A stretch of 24,000 bases of DNA, taken from NCBI GenBank assembly GCA_001443365.1, contig LDXL01000001.1:152289-176288 (forward strand), written 5' to 3'. Position numbers and translations under genes: made by a program. The notes beneath the pieces were generated by a model. The model saw only the letters and a list, made by a program, of their open reading frames with translations, ran no database searches and was not told the origin of the DNA. The first letter of the stretch is position 1, and every line of letters starts with the position of its first letter. Of the stretch, positions 1 through 7,911 are shown one piece after another. The DNA comes from Thaumarchaeota archaeon CSP1-1 (GTDB lineage: Archaea > Thermoproteota > Nitrososphaeria > Nitrososphaerales > Nitrosopumilaceae).

Positions 1-1
1 C

Positions 2-517
2 ATAAGAGCATCTTATGGTGCTAATTATATGGTTGAAACAAATTTTGAATACAGGACTGAACTTTCTGTTATAGAGACAACGGATATTTTTGAGGTCAAT
101 GCAGGAAGTTATGGAACTTTTGATGTACATTATACTGTAAGAGGGGCAACCGTAAAAAATATGATAATTGATCCAGAGATTTTTGCTTTAATTGCCATTA
201 TAGAGACTGAAGATGATGGTTCCATCACATTAGATTTACCTCGCGAGTCAATAGATGCAAAAAAAAATGATAGTACGGATGATAGTTTTATTATTCTAAT
301 TGATGGAGTAGAAGTTCCATACAAGGAAATTGCCACCGATGTAGATTCAAGGACAATCACAATTGAATTTGAAGAAGGAGATTCAGATATAGAGATTATT
401 GGAACTTTTGTGGTTCCGGAATTTGGAAGTATTGCTACGTTGATTCTAATAGTAGGGATTGTCTCAATAATACTTCTATCATCAAAATACCGAATACCAA
501 TTACAAAAGCCTACTAA
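2..517 (+). CDS. Secreted/surface protein fragment (5' end probably outside window) ending in a PEFG-type C-terminal sorting signal
   Basis: The frame of ORF 29..517 stays open back to nt 2. The listed 162 aa has no N-terminal signal peptide, so the gene probably starts upstream of the window. The C-terminus VVPEFGSIATLILIVGIVSIILLSSKYR is a PEFG motif, a hydrophobic helix and a basic tail. This is the tripartite layout of archaeosortase-type PEF/PEFG-CTERM signals. Confidence 0.6.
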   Translation: MRASYGANYMVETNFEYRTELSVIETTDIFEVNAGSYGTFDVHYTVRGATVKNMIIDPEIFALIAIIETEDDGSITLDLPRESIDAKKNDSTDDSFIILIDGVEVPYKEIATDVDSRTITIEFEEGDSDIEIIGTFVVPEFGSIATLILIVGIVSIILLSSKYRIPITKAY

Positions 518-526
518 CACAAATTT

Positions 527-1684
527 CTAAAAGCCATACTTTTCTTTAAGAGGAGAAAATGCTCGAAGTTCTTTAACTACTTTTTTTAATATTTCAACAG
601 TTTTTTCAATTTCTGAATCAGTGTTTGATAGGCCAACTGTCAAACGTAGTGAACCCGCAATTTGATCATGAGAAAATCCCATTGCCTTTAGAACGTGAGA
701 CTCCTTTTGCACTCTGACAGAACAAGCAGAACCTGTTGATGCAGCAATTCCATTTTCATCAAGTTTGATAATAAGGTCTTCTCCATTTACACCAAGGAAT
801 GTAAAGTGTGCATTGTTAGCTATTCTTTGGTCGGAATGGCCATTTAGCGTTACCAAAGGTATCTCATTCATTACTTTTGCGATTAAATTATTTCTAATAT
901 TTTGTAGGTGTAAAATATTTTGCTTCATATTCTCTTGAGCAAGTTGGCATGCTTTGCCAAATCCAACAATACTTGCTACATTTTCGGTTCCTGATCTCAT
1001 GCCGTTTTCCTGTCCACCCCCAAAAATGAAAGGACTAATTTCAATCCCTTTTTTTATGTAAAGAGCTCCTACTCCTTTTGGTCCATTAATTTTGTGGGAT
1101 GATATCGATAACATATCAATACCCAATTCTTTGACATCTATCTTGACTTTGCCAACTGCTTGAACTGCATCAGTATGGAAAACTATCTGCTTATCATGAC
1201 ATATTTTAGAAATCTCTTGAATTGGTTGTATTGTTCCCACCTCATTATTTGCAAACATAATACTTACTAGACAAGTTTCAGGTGTGATCGATTTTTCAAT
1301 ATCTTTTGAATTAACTAAGCCTGAATCATCGACAGGAATGTATGTAATTTCAAATCCTTCTTTTTCCAGTTTCTTACACGGTTCTAAAATTGCTTCATGT
1401 TCAATAGATGAGGTAACTATGTGATTTCCTTTTGCTGCGTGAGCTAATCCAAAGAGAGCAGTATTGTTAGATTCTGTCCCACCAGAGGTGAGGAGAATTT
1501 CATTTGGTTCAGAATTTATCAAATGGGCGATTTGTTTTCTTGCATTTTGAATTGCTCTTTGGGCGAATCTTCCATATCTATGAATTGATGATGGATTTCC
1601 AAATTGATCTTGGAAAAAAGGAATCATCTCATGAAGAACCTGTTCGTGAACAGGTGTTGAAGCTGCGTTATCTAGATAGATCAA
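527..1684 (-). CDS. iscS: Cysteine desulfurase, IscS/NifS type (PLP-dependent, class V aminotransferase fold)
   Basis: N-terminus IYLDNAASTP. PLP-lysine motif SSHKINGPKGVGALY. Catalytic-Cys loop STGSACS. Length of 385 aa is typical. The TTG start overlaps the larE stop by 4 nt (TTGA at 1681..1684). Confidence 0.9.
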   Translation of the reverse strand: MIYLDNAASTPVHEQVLHEMIPFFQDQFGNPSSIHRYGRFAQRAIQNARKQIAHLINSEPNEILLTSGGTESNNTALFGLAHAAKGNHIVTSSIEHEAILEPCKKLEKEGFEITYIPVDDSGLVNSKDIEKSITPETCLVSIMFANNEVGTIQPIQEISKICHDKQIVFHTDAVQAVGKVKIDVKELGIDMLSISSHKINGPKGVGALYIKKGIEISPFIFGGGQENGMRSGTENVASIVGFGKACQLAQENMKQNILHLQNIRNNLIAKVMNEIPLVTLNGHSDQRIANNAHFTFLGVNGEDLIIKLDENGIAASTGSACSVRVQKESHVLKAMGFSHDQIAGSLRLTVGLSNTDSEIEKTVEILKKVVKELRAFSPLKEKYGF

Positions 1685-2481
1685 TCAGCTATAACGTTGA
1701 TTTTCCCAGATTTGTATCCTTCTGGATCAATAATCACAGATTTGAAACCAATTTGTTCTAATTTTAAAATAATTTCATCCATTTTCAATTTATCAGAAAA
1801 TAGTTCCAATTCATTTTTACCAACTTCAATTTTCGCTATTCCGTCTAAATCTCTTACCCTAACCTGATTTGCACCAAGCGTTTGTTTTACAATTGACTCT
1901 CCGACTTCAATCCTGGTTAGTCTCTCAGCACTTATTCTCTGCCCCCAAGGTATACGAGATGCCAAACAGGAATTAGATGGTCTATCAAAAACTGATAGAT
2001 TAATTCTTTTAGCTTCATCTCGTACCTGTTTTTTTGTAAATCCCGTTTCTACTAGTGGACTTTGAATTCCATTGGATTTGAGTGCATCAATGCCTGGTCT
2101 GTAATCGTCCAAATCATCTAACTGGGTTCCATCTACAATGGTATCTGCACCAAGTTTCTTTGCAAGTTCAAAAAGATTTTTTGCTAATTCATCTCTACAA
2201 TAGAAACATCGGTTTTTGTCATTTCGAACAAAATTTTCATTTTCTAATTCATTATAATTAATTACAATTTGTTTAATTCCTATTTCAGAACAAACTCTTT
2301 GTGCAGAACTTAATTCATCCCGCGAAAGAGTTTTGTAATCAGCAGTAACAGCCTTAGCTGAATTTCCTAAATTTTGAAATGCAGCATATGCAACCAATGC
2401 ACTATCTACTCCACCAGAAAGGGCTACCAAGACTCTATCTTTTTCATTAAACCAATTGATGAGTTCATCTAGTTTTGTCAT
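1681..2481 (-). CDS. larE: LarE-type PP-loop ATP-dependent sulfur transferase (nickel-pincer cofactor biosynthesis)
   Basis: PP-loop SGGVDS near the N-terminus. CFYC pair (C92, C95) plus C172 in PSNSCLASRIPWG, the conserved LarE active-site loop. Length 266 aa. Adjacent to larC and, across the divergent region, larB. Confidence 0.85.
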   Translation of the reverse strand: MTKLDELINWFNEKDRVLVALSGGVDSALVAYAAFQNLGNSAKAVTADYKTLSRDELSSAQRVCSEIGIKQIVINYNELENENFVRNDKNRCFYCRDELAKNLFELAKKLGADTIVDGTQLDDLDDYRPGIDALKSNGIQSPLVETGFTKKQVRDEAKRINLSVFDRPSNSCLASRIPWGQRISAERLTRIEVGESIVKQTLGANQVRVRDLDGIAKIEVGKNELELFSDKLKMDEIILKLEQIGFKSVIIDPEGYKSGKINVIAD

Positions 2482-2648
2482 TTTAGGCCTAGTTTTTCCT
2501 TAATCGCTGTTCGAATTAATTCCTCAGTTTTTTTGAATGATTGATTAATTGTATTTGAAATTAATTTAATATCATCAGATTCTACTTTGAAATTTTTTAT
2601 TGAGACTCCATCATAGACAATTTTACAGGTTACCTGAAAATTTGAACC
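2478..2648 (-). CDS. larC: C-terminal ~56 codons of LarC lying in the +1 frame relative to ORF 2623..3708
   Basis: My own minus-strand translation of 2648..2481 gives GSNFQVTCKIVYDGVSIKNFKVESDDIKLISNTINQSFKKTEELIRTAIKEKLGLK. This has the pattern of the usual LarC C-terminal end (short beta segment, then K-x-E-x-x-D..., then a helical tail). Its TGA stop (2480..2478) overlaps the larE ATG as ATGA. Without it the region would be an unexplained 141-nt gap. Confidence 0.7.
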   Translation of the reverse strand, partial: GSNFQVTCKIVYDGVSIKNFKVESDDIKLISNTINQSFKKTEELIRTAIKEKLGLK

Positions 2649-3708
2649 TTATAGTGATAGATATTTTTTCAATCGTTCTAGGTACAGTGTATCTTTCTGA
2701 AGTACGAACTCGAACTCCAAGAGTCCCTGTTTCTGAAACCAATAATTCAAGTATTGCGTTCATTGACTCAGAATCACAAATAACCGAAACAAGATTGGTT
2801 GGTCGTCCTTTTTTCGTAATTGCTGAAGTAATGGTAACATCTTTGGCCCCATAAGCCATTATTTTTTCAATTAAATTTCCTAGCACTTCGCCAGATACAT
2901 CATCTACATTTGTTTCTAAGACTTGAACCATATCGTGTTGAAAATCCTTGGTTTTTTCACCTTGAATAATTTTTAAAACATTTGAAAATCCATCAAAGTT
3001 TTTCTTGCCTGCTCCATATCCTATAGATTTTACTTTCATTTTTGGATAAAAATCCAAACATGTTTTGGTTAGACTAGCTAACATACTTGCACCTGTGGGA
3101 GTAGTCAATTCTTCCTTTACCTGACCTCCTGAAATAATTATTCCTGAATTTTTCAAAATTTCTAAAATTGCACTAGCTGGATTAGAAGTTGTTCCATGAG
3201 AGAATGTTAAAGTTCCACCACCCACTGCCACAGGAGTTGATACAAATTCATCTTCAAATAATTTTAAATCATCGATTGCAGTGGCAGTTCCTATAATATC
3301 AATTACAGTATCAATGCTAGATGCTTCATGAAAATGAACTGATGAGAGTGGAGATCCATGAATCTTCGATTCAGCCTTTATTAGAGTTTCAATGCTTGCT
3401 TTAGCAAATGTTTTTGCCTTTTCTGAAAGACCAATTTCATCTAATGAATTTTCAATGCATTTTTGAATTTCAATTCCTTTACGTTCATGAGTTTTGTCAT
3501 CAATATCAAGAATTAATTCAGTTGCTTCGATTCCATATTTTTTTACTTTGCCAAAATCAATATTTTTAATAGTTGAATCGCTTAGTTGATTCTCAGCTAT
3601 TTTAATTGCCCTGATAATTTTTGATTTGTTTGCACCTAAATCCACCAAGGCAGAAAGTAACATGTCTCCAGATATTCCTGCAATCTGAGAATCAATTACA
3701 ATTACCAC
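2623..3708 (-). CDS. larC: LarC nickel-insertion (CTP-dependent cyclometallase) protein, main body, 361 aa before a premature stop
   Basis: N-terminal IDSQIAGISGDMLLSALVDLGA (DUF111/LarC signature). VHFHEASSIDTVIDIIG motif. TLGVRVRTSER near the C-terminus. It is about 45-55 aa shorter than typical LarC, and the missing tail is found in the +1 frame (see 2478..2648). Confidence 0.85.
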   Translation of the reverse strand: MVIVIDSQIAGISGDMLLSALVDLGANKSKIIRAIKIAENQLSDSTIKNIDFGKVKKYGIEATELILDIDDKTHERKGIEIQKCIENSLDEIGLSEKAKTFAKASIETLIKAESKIHGSPLSSVHFHEASSIDTVIDIIGTATAIDDLKLFEDEFVSTPVAVGGGTLTFSHGTTSNPASAILEILKNSGIIISGGQVKEELTTPTGASMLASLTKTCLDFYPKMKVKSIGYGAGKKNFDGFSNVLKIIQGEKTKDFQHDMVQVLETNVDDVSGEVLGNLIEKIMAYGAKDVTITSAITKKGRPTNLVSVICDSESMNAILELLVSETGTLGVRVRTSERYTVPRTIEKISITIRFKFSGNL

Positions 3709-3798
3709 AATTTTCAGATCAATAAAATGAATATAAATTCTGTTGAAAAGAATTTAAAATCCACTAGATTTAATTATTGAATATTAAGACCGCATGGC
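3709..3798. promoter_or_regulatory. Divergent promoter region larC <-> mdh with TATA-like boxes about 26 nt from each start codon
   Basis: atataaat at 3731..3738 lies about 27 nt upstream of the larC start (3708, minus strand). tttaattatt at 3769..3778 lies about 25 nt upstream of the mdh ATG (3799). This spacing fits archaeal TATA-to-TSS distance with leaderless or near-leaderless mRNAs. Confidence 0.35.
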
Positions 3799-4713
3799 AT
3801 GATTACTATTATCGGTTCAGGAAAAGTGGGTGCTGCTGCAGCCCTTTTTACAGCATTAAAGAAATTGGATGATCAAATTCTTTTACTAGATATTGTCAAA
3901 GATTTACCGCAAGGAGAAGCAATGGATTTGAATCACATGCTATCGGAAAAAGGAATAGATGTTGAAGTACGAGGTTCAAACGATTATTCAGAGATGAAAG
4001 ATTCAAAGATTGTTGTAGTTGTAGCTGGTTCTGGAAGAAAACCAGGAATGACTAGAATGGATCTATTGAAGATCAATACAGGCATTGTGAAAGATGTTGT
4101 AGAGAATATAAAAAAACATGCTAAAGATTCCATGATAATTCCAGTTACAAATCCTCTTGATCCTATGGCTCACGTGGCATACAAAGTTTCAGGTTTTAAA
4201 AGAAATAGAATATTTGGCATGGGAAATATGTTAGACCTTTCAAGATTCATTCAATTTATTCATGAAGCAACTAGACATTCACGAAGTTCAATTCGTGCAT
4301 TAGTAATAGGAGAACATGGAGAAACCATGTTACCATTAACAAGATTTTCATCTGTGTCTGGAATCCCATTAACTTCACTTCTTACAAAAGACAAACTGGA
4401 TGCGTTAGTAGAAGATACTAGGCAGGTTGCTGCAAAAGTAATTGAACAAAAAGGTGCTACTATACATGCACCTGGTAATGCGATTTCTACTATTATAGAA
4501 GCCGTTGTAAGAGATCAAAAAAAGGTAATCCCAGTAGCAACAGCGCTAGATGGGGAATATGGATTTTCAGACATTACTATGGGAGTTCCTGCAGTGATTG
4601 GTAAAAATGGTGTTGAAAAAATAATTGAGTTAGAATTAAACGATGAAGAAAAAAATAGCCTTCAAAAATCAGCAGATAGTGTGAAAAACGCCATTTCAAA
4701 TTTAAATATCTGA
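3799..4713 (+). CDS. mdh: Malate dehydrogenase, LDH-like family
   Basis: Rossmann motif [12 protein letters not shown]. Substrate loop [14 protein letters not shown] has Arg at the LDH/MDH discriminating position (Gln in LDH). Catalytic region [11 protein letters not shown]. Length 304 aa. Confidence 0.9.
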   Translation: MITIIGSGKVGAAAALFTALKKLDDQILLLDIVKDLPQGEAMDLNHMLSEKGIDVEVRGSNDYSEMKDSKIVVVVAGSGRKPGMTRMDLLKINTGIVKDVVENIKKHAKDSMIIPVTNPLDPMAHVAYKVSGFKRNRIFGMGNMLDLSRFIQFIHEATRHSRSSIRALVIGEHGETMLPLTRFSSVSGIPLTSLLTKDKLDALVEDTRQVAAKVIEQKGATIHAPGNAISTIIEAVVRDQKKVIPVATALDGEYGFSDITMGVPAVIGKNGVEKIIELELNDEEKNSLQKSADSVKNAISNLNI

Positions 4714-4749
4714 TTAGATTTTTAACTGAATTATATCGAACGAATAATA

Positions 4750-5532
4750 TTGGAATTAGATGAAATTCTTAATTCATTAAAGTCTGGGAAAATGACTGTT
4801 CCCAATGCACGTAAGTTATTATCACTTTATTCTCTTGAAAAAATAGAAGATTTTGCAAAAATTGATACTGGAAGGAAGTATAGACGTGGCATACCCGAAG
4901 TAATATTTGCAGAACAAAAACAATTAAGTGAAATAAAAAAAATAATCCAAAGAGTTTTAAAAAAATCTAATTCAATACTTGTTTCAAGATTAAAAAAAAA
5001 TGATTATAATAAAATCTTAGAATTTTCCAAGAAAAGTAAATTAAAAACTAAAATTGGAAAAAATTCAACGTCAATTCTAATTTACAAAAAACTATTGAAA
5101 AAAAACAAAGGAAAGGTTGGAATTTTAACTGCCGGCACTTCTGATATAGGCGTGGCCGAAGAAGCTAGACTCATGTGCGAAGCAATGAATTGTCAATGTA
5201 TTAGTAGTTACGACGTTGGCGTAGCAGGCTTACATAGAGTAATACCGGTTCTCAAGGAATTTATCAAAAAAGAAGTTGATTCAATAATTGTAGTTGCCGG
5301 CATGGAAGGGGCATTAGCAACACTTGTCTCCTCATCAGTTAATGTACCTGTAATTGGAGTACCAACATCTGTTGGATATGGTTATGGAGAAAAGGGAATT
5401 GCTGCATTAGCTTCAATGTTACAAAGTTGTTCCTTAGGATTAGCAGTTGTGAATATAGATAACGGGATAGGTGCAGGCGCTATGGCAGCAAGTATTGCTA
5501 ACAGGGTTAATATGAAAAGAACTAGACATTAA
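4750..5532 (+). CDS. larB: LarB, pyridinium-3,5-biscarboxylic acid mononucleotide synthase (PurE/AIR-carboxylase-like)
   Basis: The C-terminal PurE-like domain has VGILTAGTSDIGVAEEA and VVAGMEGALATLV. The Lys-rich N-terminal domain is typical of LarB. TTG start at 4750. Confidence 0.85.
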   Translation: MELDEILNSLKSGKMTVPNARKLLSLYSLEKIEDFAKIDTGRKYRRGIPEVIFAEQKQLSEIKKIIQRVLKKSNSILVSRLKKNDYNKILEFSKKSKLKTKIGKNSTSILIYKKLLKKNKGKVGILTAGTSDIGVAEEARLMCEAMNCQCISSYDVGVAGLHRVIPVLKEFIKKEVDSIIVVAGMEGALATLVSSSVNVPVIGVPTSVGYGYGEKGIAALASMLQSCSLGLAVVNIDNGIGAGAMAASIANRVNMKRTRH

Positions 5533-6244
5533 CAATTCCGATACTAGCTAATTCACTACCAACTCCATATCCAATTAATGCAATACCAGTTCCCAAACCT
5601 GCCATCTCTATTCCTCCTTTAATCAAACTTGTATTTGCCATTCTTGATTTTACTGCACCAACTACGAACGAGGCAGTAAGACTAATCCCTATTGCAATAA
5701 AAAGAGGAGTAATTCCTGAACTAAAGAAAAATGGAATTATTGGCAAGATTCCTCCAACTAAAAATGCACCAAACATTCGAAGTGCACTTTTTATTGGATG
5801 GCCAAGAATTTCCAAATTCAAATTTAATTCCTCAGTAAGCATAGTATCTAACCAGACTTTTTTATCAGAAGTAATTTTATCTACAATCATTTCAAGATCT
5901 TTTCCTGTAAAACCCTTAGCTTTGTAGATATCTTCTATTTCTTTTCTTTCATCTTTTGGTTTATTTTCAATTTCCCAGTTTTCTCTATTAATTTCTGAGG
6001 TTAATAATTCCCGTTGTGATTTTACTGCAAGATAATTTTGAACTGCCATTGCCTTTGCACCGGTAAACATTGCGACTAATGTTGCAAGAATAATAAGATC
6101 TGATGAAACTGCAGCTCCACCAACTCCTGCAGCAAGTCCCAATGAAGTATTTACTCCATCACCAAACCCAAAAACAAAATCACGCATGGAGCTTGTCTCA
6201 TTCAGGTGAGGCTCTAGATGTCGAGGCTCACTAATTTCCTTCAT
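5522..6244 (-). CDS. VIT1/CCC1-family iron/manganese transporter
   Basis: FVFGFGDGVNTSLGLAAGVGGA is the first TM signature. A central acidic cytoplasmic helix bundle (ELLTSEINRENWEIENKPKDERKEIEDIYKAKG) is followed by C-terminal TM helices. Length 240 aa. Confidence 0.8.
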   Translation of the reverse strand: MKEISEPRHLEPHLNETSSMRDFVFGFGDGVNTSLGLAAGVGGAAVSSDLIILATLVAMFTGAKAMAVQNYLAVKSQRELLTSEINRENWEIENKPKDERKEIEDIYKAKGFTGKDLEMIVDKITSDKKVWLDTMLTEELNLNLEILGHPIKSALRMFGAFLVGGILPIIPFFFSSGITPLFIAIGISLTASFVVGAVKSRMANTSLIKGGIEMAGLGTGIALIGYGVGSELASIGIVNV

Positions 6245-6333
6245 AAGCGATTCTTCGTATCATTCCTAGATAAATAATTTATGTCAAGTCTCTTCGTAAA
6301 TGATTTATATCATGCTGGAAGGAATTTTAGGCG

Positions 6334-7911
6334 TTGTCAGGCAAGCGAATAGTTCTTACCGCAGACCGTAGTCTGATGACTAACTATAGAGGAAATTTTC
6401 TTTATGGGTTTATTGCGTGTGGACCATACGAAGTTCTTCCAGAATGGGTTTTTGACAAAGTTTTTTGTCCCCCTGTTGAGACTGACCCAGTAACCGGTGA
6501 AGCAAAGGTAGCTCAGGTTGGGTTACGACGTGTAGAGAGTGCACTACTACAAGGTTACAAAAAGGACGAAGTTTTTGTGGCAAATCCAGATTATCTTGAA
6601 AAATCCATTGGTCCAGATACAAAAGTAGTTGGAATTAATGTAATGGATCCACTTGGAATGGCTCCTGTTACAACAACAATGTCGCCAGAAAAATTATCAT
6701 ATGTGGCGATGAAATTCAAAAAAATGTGTGCAAATATTATTCAATTAAAGAAAAAATACAACTTTAAAGTTGTAGTTGGAGGAAATGGCGCATGGGAGCT
6801 TGCAAAATCTGATAGAATGAAAATTCATGGAATCGATACTGTGGTAGTTGGTGAGGCTGATGAATTAGCTCTAGATTTATTTAATGATTTAGAGAAAGGA
6901 GATGCACCAGAATTAATGCATTGTTTTGTTAAAAATATTCAAAACATTCCAATTATTGAAGGTCCCACAGTCAATTCACTAATTGAAGCAATGCGCGGAT
7001 GTGGTAGGGGTTGTGATTTTTGTGATGTAAATAAAAGATCTAAAAAAGATTTGCCTCTTGAAAGATTAAAACATGAAGCAAAAATCAATCTAGATTATGG
7101 CTTTGATTCAATTTGGCTACATTCAGATGAAATGCTACTTTACGGATGTGATAATAGAGAGTTTATACCCAACAGAGATGCTATTACCGAGTTATGGAAA
7201 GGCTTGAAAAGTTTAGGTCCAAACTTTATTGGTACTACTCATATGACTTTCTCAGCAGTAGCAGCAGACCCGAAACTTCTTCATGATATTTCTGAAATAA
7301 ATGAAATGCAAAAAAATGGAAGGTGGCTTTCTACAAATCTTGGAATAGAAACAGTAGCTCCAAGAATGGTCAAAAAACATCTTGGAGTCAAGACAAAACC
7401 ATTTTCAACTGATGAATGGGGAAGTGTGGTAAGAGAAGGTGCAAAGATACTAAATGAAAACCATTGGTTCCCAGCAGCGACTATAATCATTGGCTGGCCT
7501 GATGAAACACCCGATGAGGTTCAATATACAATAGATATGATGACAGATTTTAGAGCAACAAACTTTAGAGGTCTTGTTGCACCGTTACTTTATCAAGATT
7601 TTAGTGAGAAAAATTCAATGCATTTTGGCAATCTAAATGAGGCACAATTCACACTATTTTGGAAGTGTTGGGAAAATAACTTACGTGTGATTAATGACAT
7701 TATTCCAATTATTCTTAGGAATAAGACCTACGGACCAGCCATGAAGGTTTTCATGTATGGTATAATTAAAGCAGGAACATGGGCAATAATGAGATACTTG
7801 CGTGGTCTGTGCAAAGATCTTTTCAATGGAAGAATGCCTGATGAAATTGTAGAAAAATATGCAAGAAGTAGATCAGTTAGTGCTCCTAAGATAGAAACTA
7901 AGAGATTATAA
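6334..7911 (+). CDS. Radical SAM protein with N-terminal Rossmann/B12-binding-like domain, specific function unknown
   Basis: CX3CX2C motif in MRGCGRGCDFCDV, about 220 aa from the N-terminus. It is preceded by an alpha/beta-like domain (RIVLTAD..., VVGINVMDP, KVVVGGNGA). TTG start with tttatat (6304..6310) about 27 nt upstream. Confidence 0.75.
   Translation: MSGKRIVLTADRSLMTNYRGNFLYGFIACGPYEVLPEWVFDKVFCPPVETDPVTGEAKVAQVGLRRVESALLQGYKKDEVFVANPDYLEKSIGPDTKVVGINVMDPLGMAPVTTTMSPEKLSYVAMKFKKMCANIIQLKKKYNFKVVVGGNGAWELAKSDRMKIHGIDTVVVGEADELALDLFNDLEKGDAPELMHCFVKNIQNIPIIEGPTVNSLIEAMRGCGRGCDFCDVNKRSKKDLPLERLKHEAKINLDYGFDSIWLHSDEMLLYGCDNREFIPNRDAITELWKGLKSLGPNFIGTTHMTFSAVAADPKLLHDISEINEMQKNGRWLSTNLGIETVAPRMVKKHLGVKTKPFSTDEWGSVVREGAKILNENHWFPAATIIIGWPDETPDEVQYTIDMMTDFRATNFRGLVAPLLYQDFSEKNSMHFGNLNEAQFTLFWKCWENNLRVINDIIPIILRNKTYGPAMKVFMYGIIKAGTWAIMRYLRGLCKDLFNGRMPDEIVEKYARSRSVSAPKIETKRL

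Noticed and set aside
2626-2648. A defined programmed +1 frameshift signal (slippery codon plus rare or stop codon, as in prfB or Ty1) at the larC break
   Set aside because: I could not find a convincing slippery or hungry-codon arrangement in the 23-nt permissive interval. AGG/AGA codons are common in this AT-rich genome. Recoding is therefore kept only as a minor alternative to a 1-nt insertion.
3799-4713. Calling the LDH/MDH-family gene an L-lactate dehydrogenase, which would have fitted neatly with lactate racemase (Lar) genes
   Set aside because: The substrate-discriminating position in the loop [10 protein letters not shown] is Arg, as in malate dehydrogenases, and not Gln as in LDH.
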